This document shows, piece after piece, positions 12,307-26,034 of a stretch of 64,000 nucleotides of DNA. Made by a program: the position numbers and the translations under genes. A model generated the notes under the pieces. The model was not told the origin of the DNA, searched no databases, and worked only from the letters and a program-made list of their open reading frames with translations. The DNA is from Geosiphon pyriformis uo1. Lineage: Eukaryota > Fungi > Glomeromycota. Positions within the stretch are counted from its first letter, which is position 1, and each line of letters starts with the position of its first letter. The stretch covers positions 310,001 through 374,000 of the forward strand of contig JAAOMT010000572.1 in the NCBI GenBank assembly GCA_016748015.1, given 5' to 3'.

Positions 12307-15300
12307 TACAATACGATAAGTTATGATAGAATTTAATTGTTCAATTTAATTTAAACTGCCCACCGAAACAACAATATCTGACGTGATTACAAGTAAGTAT
12401 TTATTTTTGAAATTAGAAAAACAAGCGAGATGTTGAGAGAAAATATATGTGGTTCAAGTTTTCCAGCCTTTTGTTTACTGGCAGCCAGCCACCAAATTTA
12501 TGGAATAATGTGATGATTATTCGAGAAAATAAGAGAGGGAAGAGGGAAATAGATTGAGAGAAGGTATTTTTTATTAAAATAAAAAAATTCTTCTCACAAA
12601 GTGTTGTCTATATTTATCGAAAAATACTTCAAAATTGGTTTGTTTATTAAGCAGAAAAAGATTCTACTTTATTAAAGTTTTAACAAGTAAGAAACCAGCG
12701 AGGCTGCATGCTAAATGAAAGTAATGAAATGTCCTCAGTGATGACGCACACAAAATATTCACCATTCTTATTATGGACTTTTTGCGATACTGCTTTTCCT
12801 TACAGTTAATGCAATAGCTACTAGAAATTTATTTAAGAGAATTGTGTTACAAGGTTACCTCAAATGACACCATCATCGAATTAATTGTTAGAACGTGAGA
12901 GCATCAGCGTATTAGCGAAAGCAATTTCAAATGAAAATATCAAACCTGAAAATCTATTAATAGAGAAAATCAGAAACTCTCAAGATTTAGACAAAGAATA
13001 TTTCCGAGATTGGACTCTTCTCTATTAGTTTCTATGTTAATGTTACAAACATAGTTATATCAAAAGACTAGGAATAAAATTTCGAATTTTCTTCAGAACA
13101 AAATTTTTTAATAACTTTTTATAATTTTGCTAACCTGAATGAATAATAGTAAAAATCTTTGAGTAACAATGTTGGCTTTAACTTGAAGCAGCGTTGCTCC
13201 ATAAGAAAATCCCTGGTAGTAGCAATAATAATAAAGATACAAGGTCGCTTCCTTCGCGATTTCATTATTGAGAATGCTAATAACAATAATAATAATAATA
13301 ATAATAATTAAAAATCTTTAAGCTTGGTTATTTTGTGCTGACATAAAAAAATGGTTTGTTTGTCTCCACATTTTTCGTCTTGTTTTTTTAGACTAAGCAT
13401 ACATGCATCATTATTTGATCACTGAAATTAGCTTTTAAAGGGGGCATTCATAAATAAAAACTATAGTTAAATTTCAAAATATGCAGCTAATGCTGCTGTT
13501 TTGATTGCGTGCAGATTCAAACTTGACAATTCCAAAGGTGGTAATTGGTGTTTAGGTTAGACAAGAATGCCAAGGAAATCCGATGTAATATGATGTAATT
13601 CAACTTATGCAAAATTAATGAAATTATCAATAAGCGTAAGTAGGTGAAAAATCTTTGATTTTGTAATAACTAAAATGAATATGCTCAATTCAAAATTATA
13701 AGTTTGAAAAAGCAAAGATTTCTTTGGAAGCCAACATTTTGTCAGATCTTTTATACGCAATTTAGACTTTTATAACACGCTGTACTAATGAAATTTTGAT
13801 CAAATAAAATGTGTAATCGTATTTGTAATTTAATAAAATAAATTTTATTGTTTTAAAAGAACTAATAAATTGATTCAACCAGAAATTTTGCACGCAATTA
13901 AAATATTTACAATTTGCTTAAATCAAATTAAACTTTCAATATCTAAAATATAACTTAAACACAATTTTATAATTAATTATTATATTCTAATATTTGACAA
14001 GATATTTCAAACATGAAATGCTATAAATTTAATTTTTTTAAAAAAGAAATTGGTTTTGGTTTTCCTGTTTAATTGTATTATTAGTGACTAAAAAAATAGA
14101 TTATTTTAAATCAAATCAAGTTTTTAAATAAAATTATTTAAGCCTCAATTTCAAACCACACTTAAATTTGCATGAAACTAATAACAATATTCTTTAAATA
14201 AAAATTTAATTTCCAAAAAAAGATGATCAAAAAAATTTCTAATATAAAATTCATCTTGTATAAATATAAATTAATTCTTTCAAATTTTTATTTATTTATT
14301 TTTTTAACATTATCCTTTAAAATATTATTAAACTTGTTTTTATTATTAAAATTAATTATAATTAAATTTGGCTTTATTTTCAAAATATAAATTAAACAAA
14401 CTTATTTTTTCATGTTAAATTCTGAAAATAAATTAATTTTAACAATAATTTTATTAGATATCAAAAACTGCATATATTATTTTATATAAATAAAGAATAA
14501 TTATTATAAATTCAGATTTTTAATAGTTTTTTGCAAGTTGAAAAATTATAAAATATTATTACTAAAAATATATTGTATTTAATAATACTAATAAAATATG
14601 ATAGACAATATTGTTTTTGTTTATATTTTAAAAAACAAAATATAATATTTAAAAACAAAATATATAAATATAAATATTTATTTTATTTAATAATACTAAA
14701 CTATTGTACTATTTCAAATATTATTATATTTAAATTTTATAAGATTAAACCTATTTTATTATGCTTAATAAAATTTAATTCAACTATTATTTAAGTATAT
14801 CCAAAATATATGTATTATATTAAATGTGGCTTATGTATTTTTTTTAAGTAATTAGCTATTTATATTTATATTAAAACTGCATTAGGTTAAACACTAATCT
14901 GTTTTAATATTTAAATTTAAATTATTATTTGTTTTAGCTTTAATGACTTAAATTCTTAACATAAGCTTTTTTATTTTTAGTTCAATAGGGTTTTGGCTAA
15001 ATTAAAATTATTAAAATTTATGATATTTCTAATTTTTTTTAAAAACAATAAGTAAAAAAGATTTTAAATTTGCAAACAATAATTATTAATGTAAATACTT
15101 ATAAAACTAAATTCTAAACTTGAACTTTTAAAAAACAATTTTTTTTGCTTTTATTAGACTTACAATTGAAAACACAGCAAAATTAATTACTACCTTAAAA
15201 ATATAAAGTACATTTAACAAATAGGTCAAAAAAATTTTTTTTAAACTAATAAATTTTTTAATAAGACCAGAAAAAATGATCTTATAAACCAAAATTAAAG

Positions 15301-17014
15301 TACTTTAAACGTTGGTTATTTATAAAAAAATTGACTATTAAAAACTTTTCACTGTATAAAATTTTTTTGTTACGTCTGTTTTAATAAAAGTGTTTTTTAA
15401 ATTATAATTGACAATAATTAAAGTCTGACAATTGAAAAATAAAACACATTTAATTATAAACTTGGTCAACCATATCATTAATTTCATAAATTATACGGCC
15501 AAAAAAAAGTTGATTACTTTGGCCTTAAATGTATTTCTTAAGACAATAGTTTTTTTTTGATTTAAAAAAATTCTAATTTTATTTTTTTGCCAAAATTAAG
15601 TTTTATTTATTATATTGTTATAAGTAACTTTTAAATATTTCTTATTTTAAGCATATATTATTTTGTATATTTTGTTTTTATCCAATATTTAATTAATTTG
15701 TTTTATATATTAATTTATTTTAACATCAAACAATCAATATTTTATAAATATTAAAGTTATATAATTATTATTTTGTTGACACAAATAAAAAATCCAGATA
15801 TTTTAGACTTAATTATCATTGTAATAAGTGGCTTGTCACGTGCAAAAAGAACATGCGCTGCATTTATTTTATATGCTTTAGGTATATAGATAGTCGAACA
15901 ACATTCCTAAAGCAAGAAAAATTATAATGATTTTGGTTAAATTATATTTTAATAGATAATTTTCATGTTTTTAAAATAATTCCAATAAATATTAAACATA
16001 AGCAGTAACTCAAATTGTGTTTTTAAGATATTAACTAAAATTGATTATTTTTTTATTAGTTGTACCATCAAAAAATATGTTGTTAGATTTATTAAAACTT
16101 AACCATTTTGGCAAAGCAATTATAATTAAAACTTTTTTAAAAAAATAAAAGGCCTTTTTATATTTGTTTATATTTTATGCATAACTTTTTTGGATTTTGT
16201 AAAATTACATAAAATTACTTTTGTAATCTGCATAATCATTTATTTTTTTAATACTTTTTGTTTTTCCCAATTTCTCAATATTTTGAAAATTGTTCCTTTT
16301 TGATAAATTTAAGAATTTACACTTAATAAAATGTGGTAGTTAGTAACACTTCAATAATAAGACGTGCTTGTCAGCTGGAGATTATAACCATGTCGAACAC
16401 GATGGTCCCTCAACAACTCAACCTAGAAACTATCATATCAAGACACGAATGGTCCAATAGCGATAAGCTCAAATTGTCGAGATATAACATGGTGGTCAAC
16501 TTGGGAACTGTTAGTAACACGGTGATCACATTCCCTTTACTGATAAAAACGAGACATTTGACTACTTAATTGTGAACTTTTTTAGACCGGAAGCTTCCTT
16601 AGTCCACTAGTCATCAGACGTAGTTGTTGTGTTCTTGAGTTTTATTATTGGAAGTCCAGTTCTTTTCGTTTCGAGTATTTTATGAGCGGTCACTCTGATG
16701 ACTCTGAAAAGGTCGAGACAAACAGATAAATGCGTGTCTACAAAAAATATTTATTTCAAAACGTCAAATACCCTCACATGATCATAACCTATTCATTCAG
16801 ATTCAAACATAGAGTCTCTTAACCTAAATTACTTTGCATGTATCAAAAAATTTATTATTTCATATTCATTGTTTGTTTCAATTTAGTACAAAATTATTGC
16901 CCAAAAGAATATTAAATTAAAATTAGCGGAAGTCTATACATAATTAACCATATTTATATCATCTTCATTTTCTAGATAACGTTTCTATCATAACAAGGGT
17001 TGTATATAAGGTGT

Positions 17015-17902
17015 TTAGGCTAGCAATATTTTTTTTGCCATCTTAAACTGCCATTCACCCATCTTTCGACATATTACACACATGATGGGCATAAAGATTA
17101 ACATAAATGGGAACGCAAAACAGACTAAAATGGTAACAAGAATAAAAGTAGCAATACAAATGGCAAATTTTACAAAAATAAAATAGACAAAAGACATCCA
17201 AGTGAATCGATCAAAACAAATTCCTGTAGCGTATGTGAACCAAGTTTGTTTCTCGATCGGTGTGCGTGAAATTTTTGTAATTGGTGGGAATGATTCGATA
17301 CGCGGTTGGTTTAATGTGCACATTGTTGCTGTGGCAAGTTCGAGACGTGCCAATGCTCTAATTGAAGGTAGAATTTTATTAGTTTTTTGATTCACAAGTT
17401 ATTCAATCAATGAAAAATTATATCCAATTAAGTACCTCCAAGACCAAGCAGTAGCAATACAAAGAAAGTAACCAACAGGAGGAAACAGTAATGACACAAC
17501 GGCTCCAATGAAAGTCGATAAAATCCAACAAAAAGCAGCGACTCCAATTGGGAATGAGATAAACAAGAAGTAAAAACAACTGAGCCAGGCTTTCGGGTCG
17601 ATTACCGAGTGCCAGAAATCAGCACAACACCCAGTTTTCTTTTCTTTTGTTGTCGGGATTTTCGATTCGACTACAGTGAATGGAATATTTACATGTTGTT
17701 GTTGTTCTGGTTGCTGTGGGGTGTTTACTTGAATTCGATTGGTTGAGTAATTTGTTAACGCTGCTTTGGGAATGATAGGGAGTGGATTGGAAGTTGTAGC
17801 ATCATAGGGTGGTGGTGGTTGCTCAATGTCATTTATTTCGACCTTGCCATCCTGTGAAATGCTATCAGTAAAAGTTTTCTTATTATCAGTGAATTGAGTC
17901 AT
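17015..17902 (-). CDS. Multi-pass membrane protein with a putative Sensor (PF13796-like) domain and an N-terminal PPPPPY motif
   Basis: Exons 17902-17436 and 17357-17015 (GT-AG, 810 nt). 'KAWLSCFYFLFISFPIGVAAFCW...PPVGYFLCIATAWSWRALARLELATA' fits the Sensor pattern (two TM helices, then R-x-LA-x-x-E). Confidence 0.75.
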
Positions 17903-20900
17903 TTTATTTTTTAAAAGATTAATACTCTTGAAAATGAGTATTTTGTGAATATTATCAAATTTGGTCTGAATAGTGTGAGAATTTTAGAAAAAACCGAGTT
18001 TATTAAATAGTCGAAAAAATAATTAAATCCCTGCCAAGTTTTTCTAACCTTTTATTAAAAAGAACATGGTTTCTTGCTTGGCAAATTTTATTTATTAATA
18101 ATTCACGAGAGTTCAAGACTTGGCAAACTTTCAAATATTTTCATTTTCTTTGTTTTTGTGCAATTATTTTGATAAGGTTAATGGTAATATGATTTTAGGA
18201 ACTGAATTAGTTTTGCAAATTCTAGAAAAACGAAGCCAAGAAAACTTTTACCTAATTTCCCATTTTTTATCTTATTCCAATTGCTTATCTCATAGATATT
18301 TTACGCCAAGATTTCAAAGTATTTTCCGAGTATGGTAAATTGTCCCTGGATGTGCTTAAATAAATTCTATCAGACTACTCTATGCATAATGATAAACAAT
18401 ATGCTGTGAACAGGTTTTTCACGTTATGCCATTTGGGAAAAAATATTCACAAAATTTAAAGTTCTAATAGTCTTTTTTCCGGCGCATGTTTTTATAATCA
18501 ATCATTGTTGAGAGTCAGGTTTTAACGCTTTTAAATTCTTTGGTTGTCCATTCGATAAGCTTATTGGATCAAACTTTATCGTTTGATGATAATCAAAGTT
18601 ATATAAGACTTTAAAACTTTGTTCGGGAAACTTTGTTATAGGCCAAGAAATTTCCTTGTACTGCGGTTATTCTAGATTAAAATACGTTAGCAAACTCATC
18701 TTGCCGCCAAAAGGACATCATTTTAATTGAGAATTGAAAAAAATTACTGGCTACAATGTAAGAATTCTGAAGTAATCCCTAAGAAACAAATTTACAGAAT
18801 TAAAAATACTTTCATAGCCATTCAGAGGAATAACTGCAATTTTGTGGAAAAAGGTAATTCCATTAAAGAGGCAAAGAACGATGTTGTAAATAGCATTAAT
18901 GTCTTTCGTTCATCGGTAACAATTTGGCTATTAGGAAATTTTGATGAGAATTCCAATTAAAGTTGTTGAATAAGTATTCTTTTTAACCCACAAATTTACC
19001 TATACTGCCATTTTCAAATAGCTTCCAAATGGGGTTTGGTTATAATAAATCCACAAAATGATATAAAAACTGAAAATTGTATATTTCCTCTGCTGTTTGT
19101 AACCATTTTTTAGTTTGTGAAGTTGAATTTAAAATATTTCATACAATAAAAATTTAAGATTTCTATTTGAAATGATTCGAAATCCATTGTTTGTTTTACT
19201 TTTGAAAAAATCAAATCTTTTAATATAATATCAATATTTTAATTTCCAACTTCAATTTTCTAATGTAAAGTTTCACACAAAGCAATGAAATGGCTCAAAG
19301 TAAACTTGATGAATTAAATTAAATATTAAAAATATTGGTAATTTCATTTATTAAATTTTAATAATTTTAGACTATATTTATTGATCTCAATGGAATAAAA
19401 ATTTACAATATATGAAAAAATAAATAAGTTCAAAATTATTTGAATCAAAATGATAAAATTTCATATTATTTGGTAAAATCATTTTAGAGTATTTTCATTA
19501 CATTTTTTAAATTATCTTAAAATTAAAATTGTAATTAATACTACCTTATAGTGATTTTAATTTTTATTTTGATATTATATCTTGAAAAAATTTTGCATTA
19601 TTTATATCTTGTATTTTCAAATCAAAGAAAATATAGTTAATAATTTTAAGATTTTTTTTAAACTTTAAAATGACTTTGACTACTCATAAACTAAAACAAT
19701 GTTTTAAATGTAAAAACAGGCTTATCTTTTTCTATTAAAAATTAAATTGATATAATTAAATTAAGAAAATTTTTAATTAATTATAATTAACATAAAAAAA
19801 TAAGTTTAATTAATTAATAAAGGTAATAAAATTTTCACTTTGAAAAATTCTTACAAGATTTTTTATTAATAAAAAAGCTTTTTATTATAAAAAATATTTA
19901 TTTTTTATTGGAAAAAATGTATAAATTAATAAAATTTGACTAAATCTTTAAATTTACTTAATTTTTATATATTTTATTAGCTCTTGACAATTAAGTTTTC
20001 AAGATTTGCGTTTCGAAATAAAAGGTTTAACAACTTTAATAGATATTTCCAAGTTACATTATTTTAAATCTGTGATCATATTAGTAAATTAAAGATCATA
20101 TAGATTTGTCTGAATTTGTCTACTATACTATATTCTAACATATCTGTTTTTTCGTATCTTCAAAAATTTCGCATTTAATTAATTTTATTGTTTTAATTTG
20201 TTCATTTTACATTCAGTTCTGTAATTTCTGTTTTTCTCGCTTTTAGCCACAATTTTAGGCTTTTTATCGGAGTCACTTTTTTGACCCTAGAAGACTATAA
20301 TCTAATACATTTAAAAATAAACATGATCGATTTTCTTCAACAGATTGTTAAAAGGTTTGCTTTTTGGAAATACTATTTACCTTGAATAAATTTCTGATTT
20401 AGTCGAAACATTGAAAAATGGATTTCAATTTGAACGCTATTATTTACATTTAAAATTTCAATACTTTAAACTATCATGTTTATGAAAATTTGAATTATTG
20501 CATGAAAATTTTACCAATTTTCTATCTGCCCAGCCAAATTTTTTCACATGAGGACCATCTGTTGATATTGTAACCATGCGTTTTATACAAGACTTGAATT
20601 TTCTTGAACGAGATTCTCCTTGCATTATTTTTTATAAGCAAAATTATAACAAATATTTAGTTAACAAAAATTAGGCAGTAGAAAAAAACTTTGGCAAATA
20701 TTCTTTTCTTAAAGCTAAAGCTTAAAAAATAAAGTTACACAATATTTCCAGTCTCTATTGGATTTACATGATTTAATTTATCATAAATTTATTAAATAAT
20801 ATGAACAAAGCAAGTTTCTCTTGATCAGCGTAACTTTTAATTTCAGTCCAAAGTCAAAAAGAGATTAAAAACGGCATTTTTGAGGATTAAAAATTCTCAA

Positions 20901-21949
20901 ATAGTTGCAAAACTTTATAGCATTTAATGAAAAATGGTTGTGACTCAATTCAAAGCAGTGGCAGCACTTTTCTACGGGGATTTTAGTGACATATTAAAAC
21001 AATTTATATTAGCTTTACCCATGAGCCAAAATTAGAGAAATCGGTATTCAAAGATTCTGTGAATATGTAAGAAAAGTTAGAAAAGTTTTAACACGAAGAG
21101 CCAATTTGTTTATTCTGATAATTTAGAAAGAAATATTTATAAATAAGTCAAATTATTAATATTTGTTTTTTAATAAAGATAAAAGTTTTATTTACATTTG
21201 GATTAATATTTTTCAAAATTAATTCATATTAATATTATTAATTTTTATAATTATTGCAACTAATTTTTAATTTAATGAAATAATTAATTTTAGTTATTCA
21301 AATTTTTTGAATTTTCTCTATTGATTTAAAAATGAATTAAGTCTGCCACAACAATCACCTTTCATTATAAAACAAAGTCAAAATTTGAAAATAAAATAAT
21401 AAAAAACTTTATATATTATAATTGTCCACTCTTGAAATCAAAAAATTGCTTTTAATATTGTCCTCTTGACAAATAATCATCAAGTGATTATAATAAATAT
21501 ATTCAAAAATTTTAGACAAATCATAATCATTATATGGTTAATCGATTAATGTATACTATGAAATTCTAATATTCGATAGAAAACTTATCATAAAAGGAAT
21601 ATTTGATTCTGGCGAAACATGGTAATACTTTAGAACACTTAAATACAAACAATGCAAGCATTTGCATGAGTATGATCATTGAAAAAAAATTCCAAGAAAA
21701 TTTGTGAACAAAAATAAATGTTTGTTTCTCACCTGACACACAGCTAAAACCTGATATATCATTGTACAAATAGATAATTTTATCCTTTTAAGAGAAAATA
21801 AAGCATTCCAAATGAAGATTCTAATTTGAGAAGATGGGTGTTAATTTTAATCACCCCTTACTGATTCAATTATTTTAAAAGAGCTTCTTGTTTGAAGTTT
21901 TGAATTTAGCAACGAAACTTTTTTAACCTAATCATTATTAATAAAAAAG

Positions 21950-22881
21950 ATGCTAAAATTTTTAGGAGTGGCCGTTTTCTTATTCAATTTTTGCTTGGTA
22001 ATGTGTTTCTAATAAATCCATATTGAATTAGTATTCTTCAAAGCTTTAATCATTACTAAGAGAAAATCTAACGTTTTAGATAATCCCTGTCACAGCTCAA
22101 GGACCATTTATCACAATTGGTCTTTCAAAATCTTCAACTTGGTATAATTGTGCCGGCTCCCCCACTGCTAATTACATAAGTATGATGAAATTTTAAAAGT
22201 GTTAATTCACATTCATAAATTAAGTTTTAAAAAATCTCTTTCGACTCAATCAAAAAACTGTTATCTTTCCTAGATTATACGGTAGTAAAAACCTTAGACG
22301 GGGCTCCAACGAGCTTAAATATTCCTGGAAAATTTGCGTTTCTTCCGTTTCCTCCTAAAGACTATCCATTTGAAGGATTTAATTCAATTGTTGCAGCCGA
22401 AAGTGAAATCTACAAATATCTAAATGGCAGAGAATATGAGTATAACAACAGTCTTAGCTGTTTTGATAGTCCTGTCGGCAATGATAAAACCTGCCGAAGG
22501 GCAAGTAGTATAAGTCCGGCGAAAAATATTTGTCTAGCGGTAACGAATGTTAATGATAAATCTATCAAAGTTCAATTATATCTAACTTTTAGTAAGATGG
22601 CAACTGGCGGTACAAACTCGACTGTGTCTACGACCAATACAACAAATACAACCACCACTGTATCAAATAATACACATAGTTCTGGAAATACTACTCAAGC
22701 AACAGATGGTAATAGTTCAAGTATATCAAATACCTCAAGTACATCTAGTGCAAATTCGGCGGCGGGAACTGAAAAAGTTAATAGCAGTGCCACAATTAGA
22801 TTAAGTCTATCTAAATTTCTTTCTCAAGTTTTTTTTACTATTGCTCTTTCATGGGTATATTTTGTTTTAAAAACTTTATAG
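21950..22881 (+). CDS. Secreted, probably GPI-anchored 4-Cys surface protein, copy A (251 aa)
   Basis: Exons 21950-21997, 22080-22179, 22274-22881. Signal peptide MLKFLGVAVFLFNFCLIIPVTA, globular domain with 4 Cys (STWYNC...LSC...TC...NICLAVTN), S/T/N stalk, hydrophobic C-terminus. Confidence 0.88.
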
Positions 22882-23539
22882 CTCGAACTACTTGATTCAA
22901 CCATCTAAATTTACCCCAAACTTTTAAATTGGGAATTATATTGCATTTCTTATTTGTATTTTCTCCTCTTAGCGCTGTTCAAATTTTATAGTTTTTCTAG
23001 ACAGGCCATTTATATTTTACTTTGATATAGTGTATTAATTTATTATATAAAATTGAAATAAAAATATGAGTTGATATTATCACCAATAAAAGTACAGAAT
23101 ATTATTATTTAAAAGTTGAAAAAATAAATATAATGCTATAGGCAAGTTTCATTAAAAACTTTTTATCAAAATTAATTATTTGAATTTATTAAAATTTTGA
23201 AGTTATATATTAATTTTGCTTACATTACTTAAAATAGATTGTTAGTATGGTTTTTAAATTATAATTGATAAAATACACAATAATTATCAAAAAAAAATTA
23301 TGTTTGTTATTTTTAAATTTGAATTATCTTAGAAATTTATTTTAGGATCTTATTATCAATGATCTAAAAAATCATTATGGTTAAGCTTTTTAACAAATAA
23401 CTTTGTAATTTCAAAAATTAAAAAACATTATTGGTTATAATTTATGTAATGAGAATTATTTAATTATCTTTATTTTGAGAAAAATATTGTAATTAATAGA
23501 TTGTAATTCAAATTTTTTTTTTGAAATAAATTACAATTA

Positions 23540-23745
23540 ATTAAAATATTAAAGCCATGGCTTTTAAATATTACGAACACAGTTTAAAGATATGTAACTT
23601 AAAAATATTACAATTATGTTTAGAAATATATAATTTAAAAATCTTGAAATAAAATTTAAAGTATTATTGCTAGAATTTAAAAATGATATAATTATAATTT
23701 AAAAATATATGGCTTAAAAATATTACAATTATAACTTCCAGATTT
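23540..23745. repeat. Degenerate AT-rich minisatellite in the spacer between the inverted genes
   Basis: Recurrent 'ttaaaaatattacaattat' / 'aaatatataattt'-like units. Confidence 0.4.
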
Positions 23746-24077
23746 GTAATCTTTTAATTAAAATATGACTTTTAATTAAAATCCTCAAAAATATTTGTTA
23801 ATTGATTTAAAAGTTTTTATTAATTTAAAGTGTCTAATTTTTGATAAATTATGCGAAAATTTTATTTTTTGAATATATTATTTTTATAATAGATAATTAT
23901 TTTTATTAATCCAAAATTAATATTAAAAAATAACTAAATAATATATATGATTGAAACTTTATTATAGGCAGCTCAAAAATCTATATTGATCCTTGTTTAA
24001 TGTGTAGAATTATAAATTAGAAAGGTATTTAGAAAACCCAAAAAATTTTAACAACTTTAAGAATCAAGTGGCTCAAG

Positions 24078-25013
24078 CTATAAATTCTTATAACAAAATA
24101 CCCATGAAAGAGCAAAAGTAAAAAGAACTTTAGTAAGAAATTCGGATAGACTTAATCTAATTGTGGGGCCGCTACCAGTAACATTAACTTGTACAGATCC
24201 CTTTCCCGGATCTCCACTAGATGAACTTGATGTACCCCCACCTGTTACTCCAGTAGTTCCCGAACCTCCAGAATTATTGTTACTATTTGATCCAGTGGTT
24301 GTTGTATTGGTCGTAAACCCAGTCGAGCTTGTACCGTTAGTTGGCAGCTTACTAAAAGTTACATATACTTGAACTTTGATAGGTTTATCATTAACGTTCG
24401 TTACCGCTAGACAGATATTTGCCGCTGGACTTATATCATTTCCTTTTCGGCAGGTGGCAAAATCGCTGATAAAAGTACTATAGTAACAGCTAAGAGAGGG
24501 TCTATATTCGAAACTTCCTACACCATTCAGATATTTGTCAATTTCAGTATCGGCCGCAACAATTGTATTAAATCCTGAGTCTGGATAATTTTTAGGAGGA
24601 AGTACCGGAAGAGGCACAAATTTTCCAGGAATATTTGAGCTCGTTGGAGTTCCGTCTGAGGCTTTTACTACTGCATAATCTATTAAAGATAACAGTTTTT
24701 TGATTGAGTCGAAAGAGATTTTTTAAAACTTATTTTATGAATGTGAATTAACACTTTTAAAATTTCATCATACTTATGTAATTAGCAGTGGGAGAGCCGG
24801 CGCAATTATACCAACTCGAAGATTTTTCAAGACTAATTGTGATAAATGGTCCTTGAGCTGCGACAGGGATTGTCTAAAACGTTAAATTTTCTTTTAGTAA
24901 TGATTGAAACTTTGTAAAGATCTGAAGAAAACTAATTCAATAATAATTTTTTAGAGAAACTTTACCAAGAAAGAATTGAACAAGAAAATAGCCACTCCTA
25001 GAAATTTTTTCAT
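24078..25013 (-). CDS. Secreted, probably GPI-anchored 4-Cys surface protein, copy B (249 aa)
   Basis: Exons 25013-24966, 24873-24774, 24679-24078. Same exon 1 and 2 sizes (48/100 nt) and intron phases as copy A; G/S/T-rich stalk; 'TIRLSLSEFLTKVLFTFALSWVF' tail. Confidence 0.88.
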
Positions 25014-26034
25014 CTTTTTTATTAATAATGAATGGGTTTTAAAAGGTTTTGTTCCTAAATTCAAAAATTTGAAGTGAAAAGCTTTTTATATAATATTTGA
25101 ATTAAAGGGTATAATTCACTTTAACAGTATCATCTCATGTTAGAAACTTCTTTCGGAATAATTCATTTCTCTTTAAGGACAAATTTATCTATTTGTACAA
25201 GGATATCTCGAGTTTCAGGTGTGTGTTGAATGAGAAACAATCTAATTTTATTTTATAGAAATCTTTCATAGTATTTGGGTGGTACTCATGCAATGCTACA
25301 TTAGTTGCATATAAGTGTATCACAATAAATTATCACATTTCGCTGAAATTGAATTCTTTTATTACCAAGTTTTTATCCAATATTAAATATTTCATAGTAA
25401 GGTGGAAGTACACATTAAATCGATTAAGCATAAAATAATTATGATTCGTCTATAATTTTTAATCAAATGTAAGTGTCAAAAATTATGTTATCAAATTTTA
25501 TTTTCACATTTTAGCTAATAATAAATGTTTTTTAAAAATTTTAAAATGAATTTGTTTTACAAAAAAAGATGACAATTGTGGCAGATTTAGTATTTATTTG
25601 TATTCAAATTTAAATAAGAGGTGAATTCAAAAAATTTTAAGTAACTAAAATTTTTCCAAGTTTTATTTACAATCTTAATTATTTTATTAAAAATTAAAAA
25701 TTTTTATTTTAATCAAAACAAGAAAAATTGATAATTTCATTTATTTGTACCATATCTTTCTCTCTTAATTATCTTGAATTCCATACAAATCATTCATTTT
25801 ATTGCAGATAATTCTAGCCTTGATGGTGTAACATTAGAAATGAATAGGTAACTAGTTGTGCAACCCTTAAGGAAAAGTATCACAACTCATTTCATTAAAA
25901 GCCACGAGTTGCAACAGGTTAAAATTCTCAAACTCCAAAAATTCCTTCATAATCTTTTTTAGGCATGGGCTGAAATCAAATTTATGTCAATCAAAAGGAG
26001 CTTGCTTTGTTTATATTATTTATAATGCAAAATA

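Noticed and set aside
14050-14560. Possible Crypton/tyrosine-recombinase relic ('KKDDQK' resembling KNDQGG)
   Set aside because: Too AT-eroded to support by eye; only one weak motif.
14573-14794. Short I/K/F/N/Y-rich ORFs here and at 10558, 18120, 21566, 35620, 40837, 53395, 61449
   Set aside because: Composition expected by chance in AT-rich DNA; no motifs or splice support.
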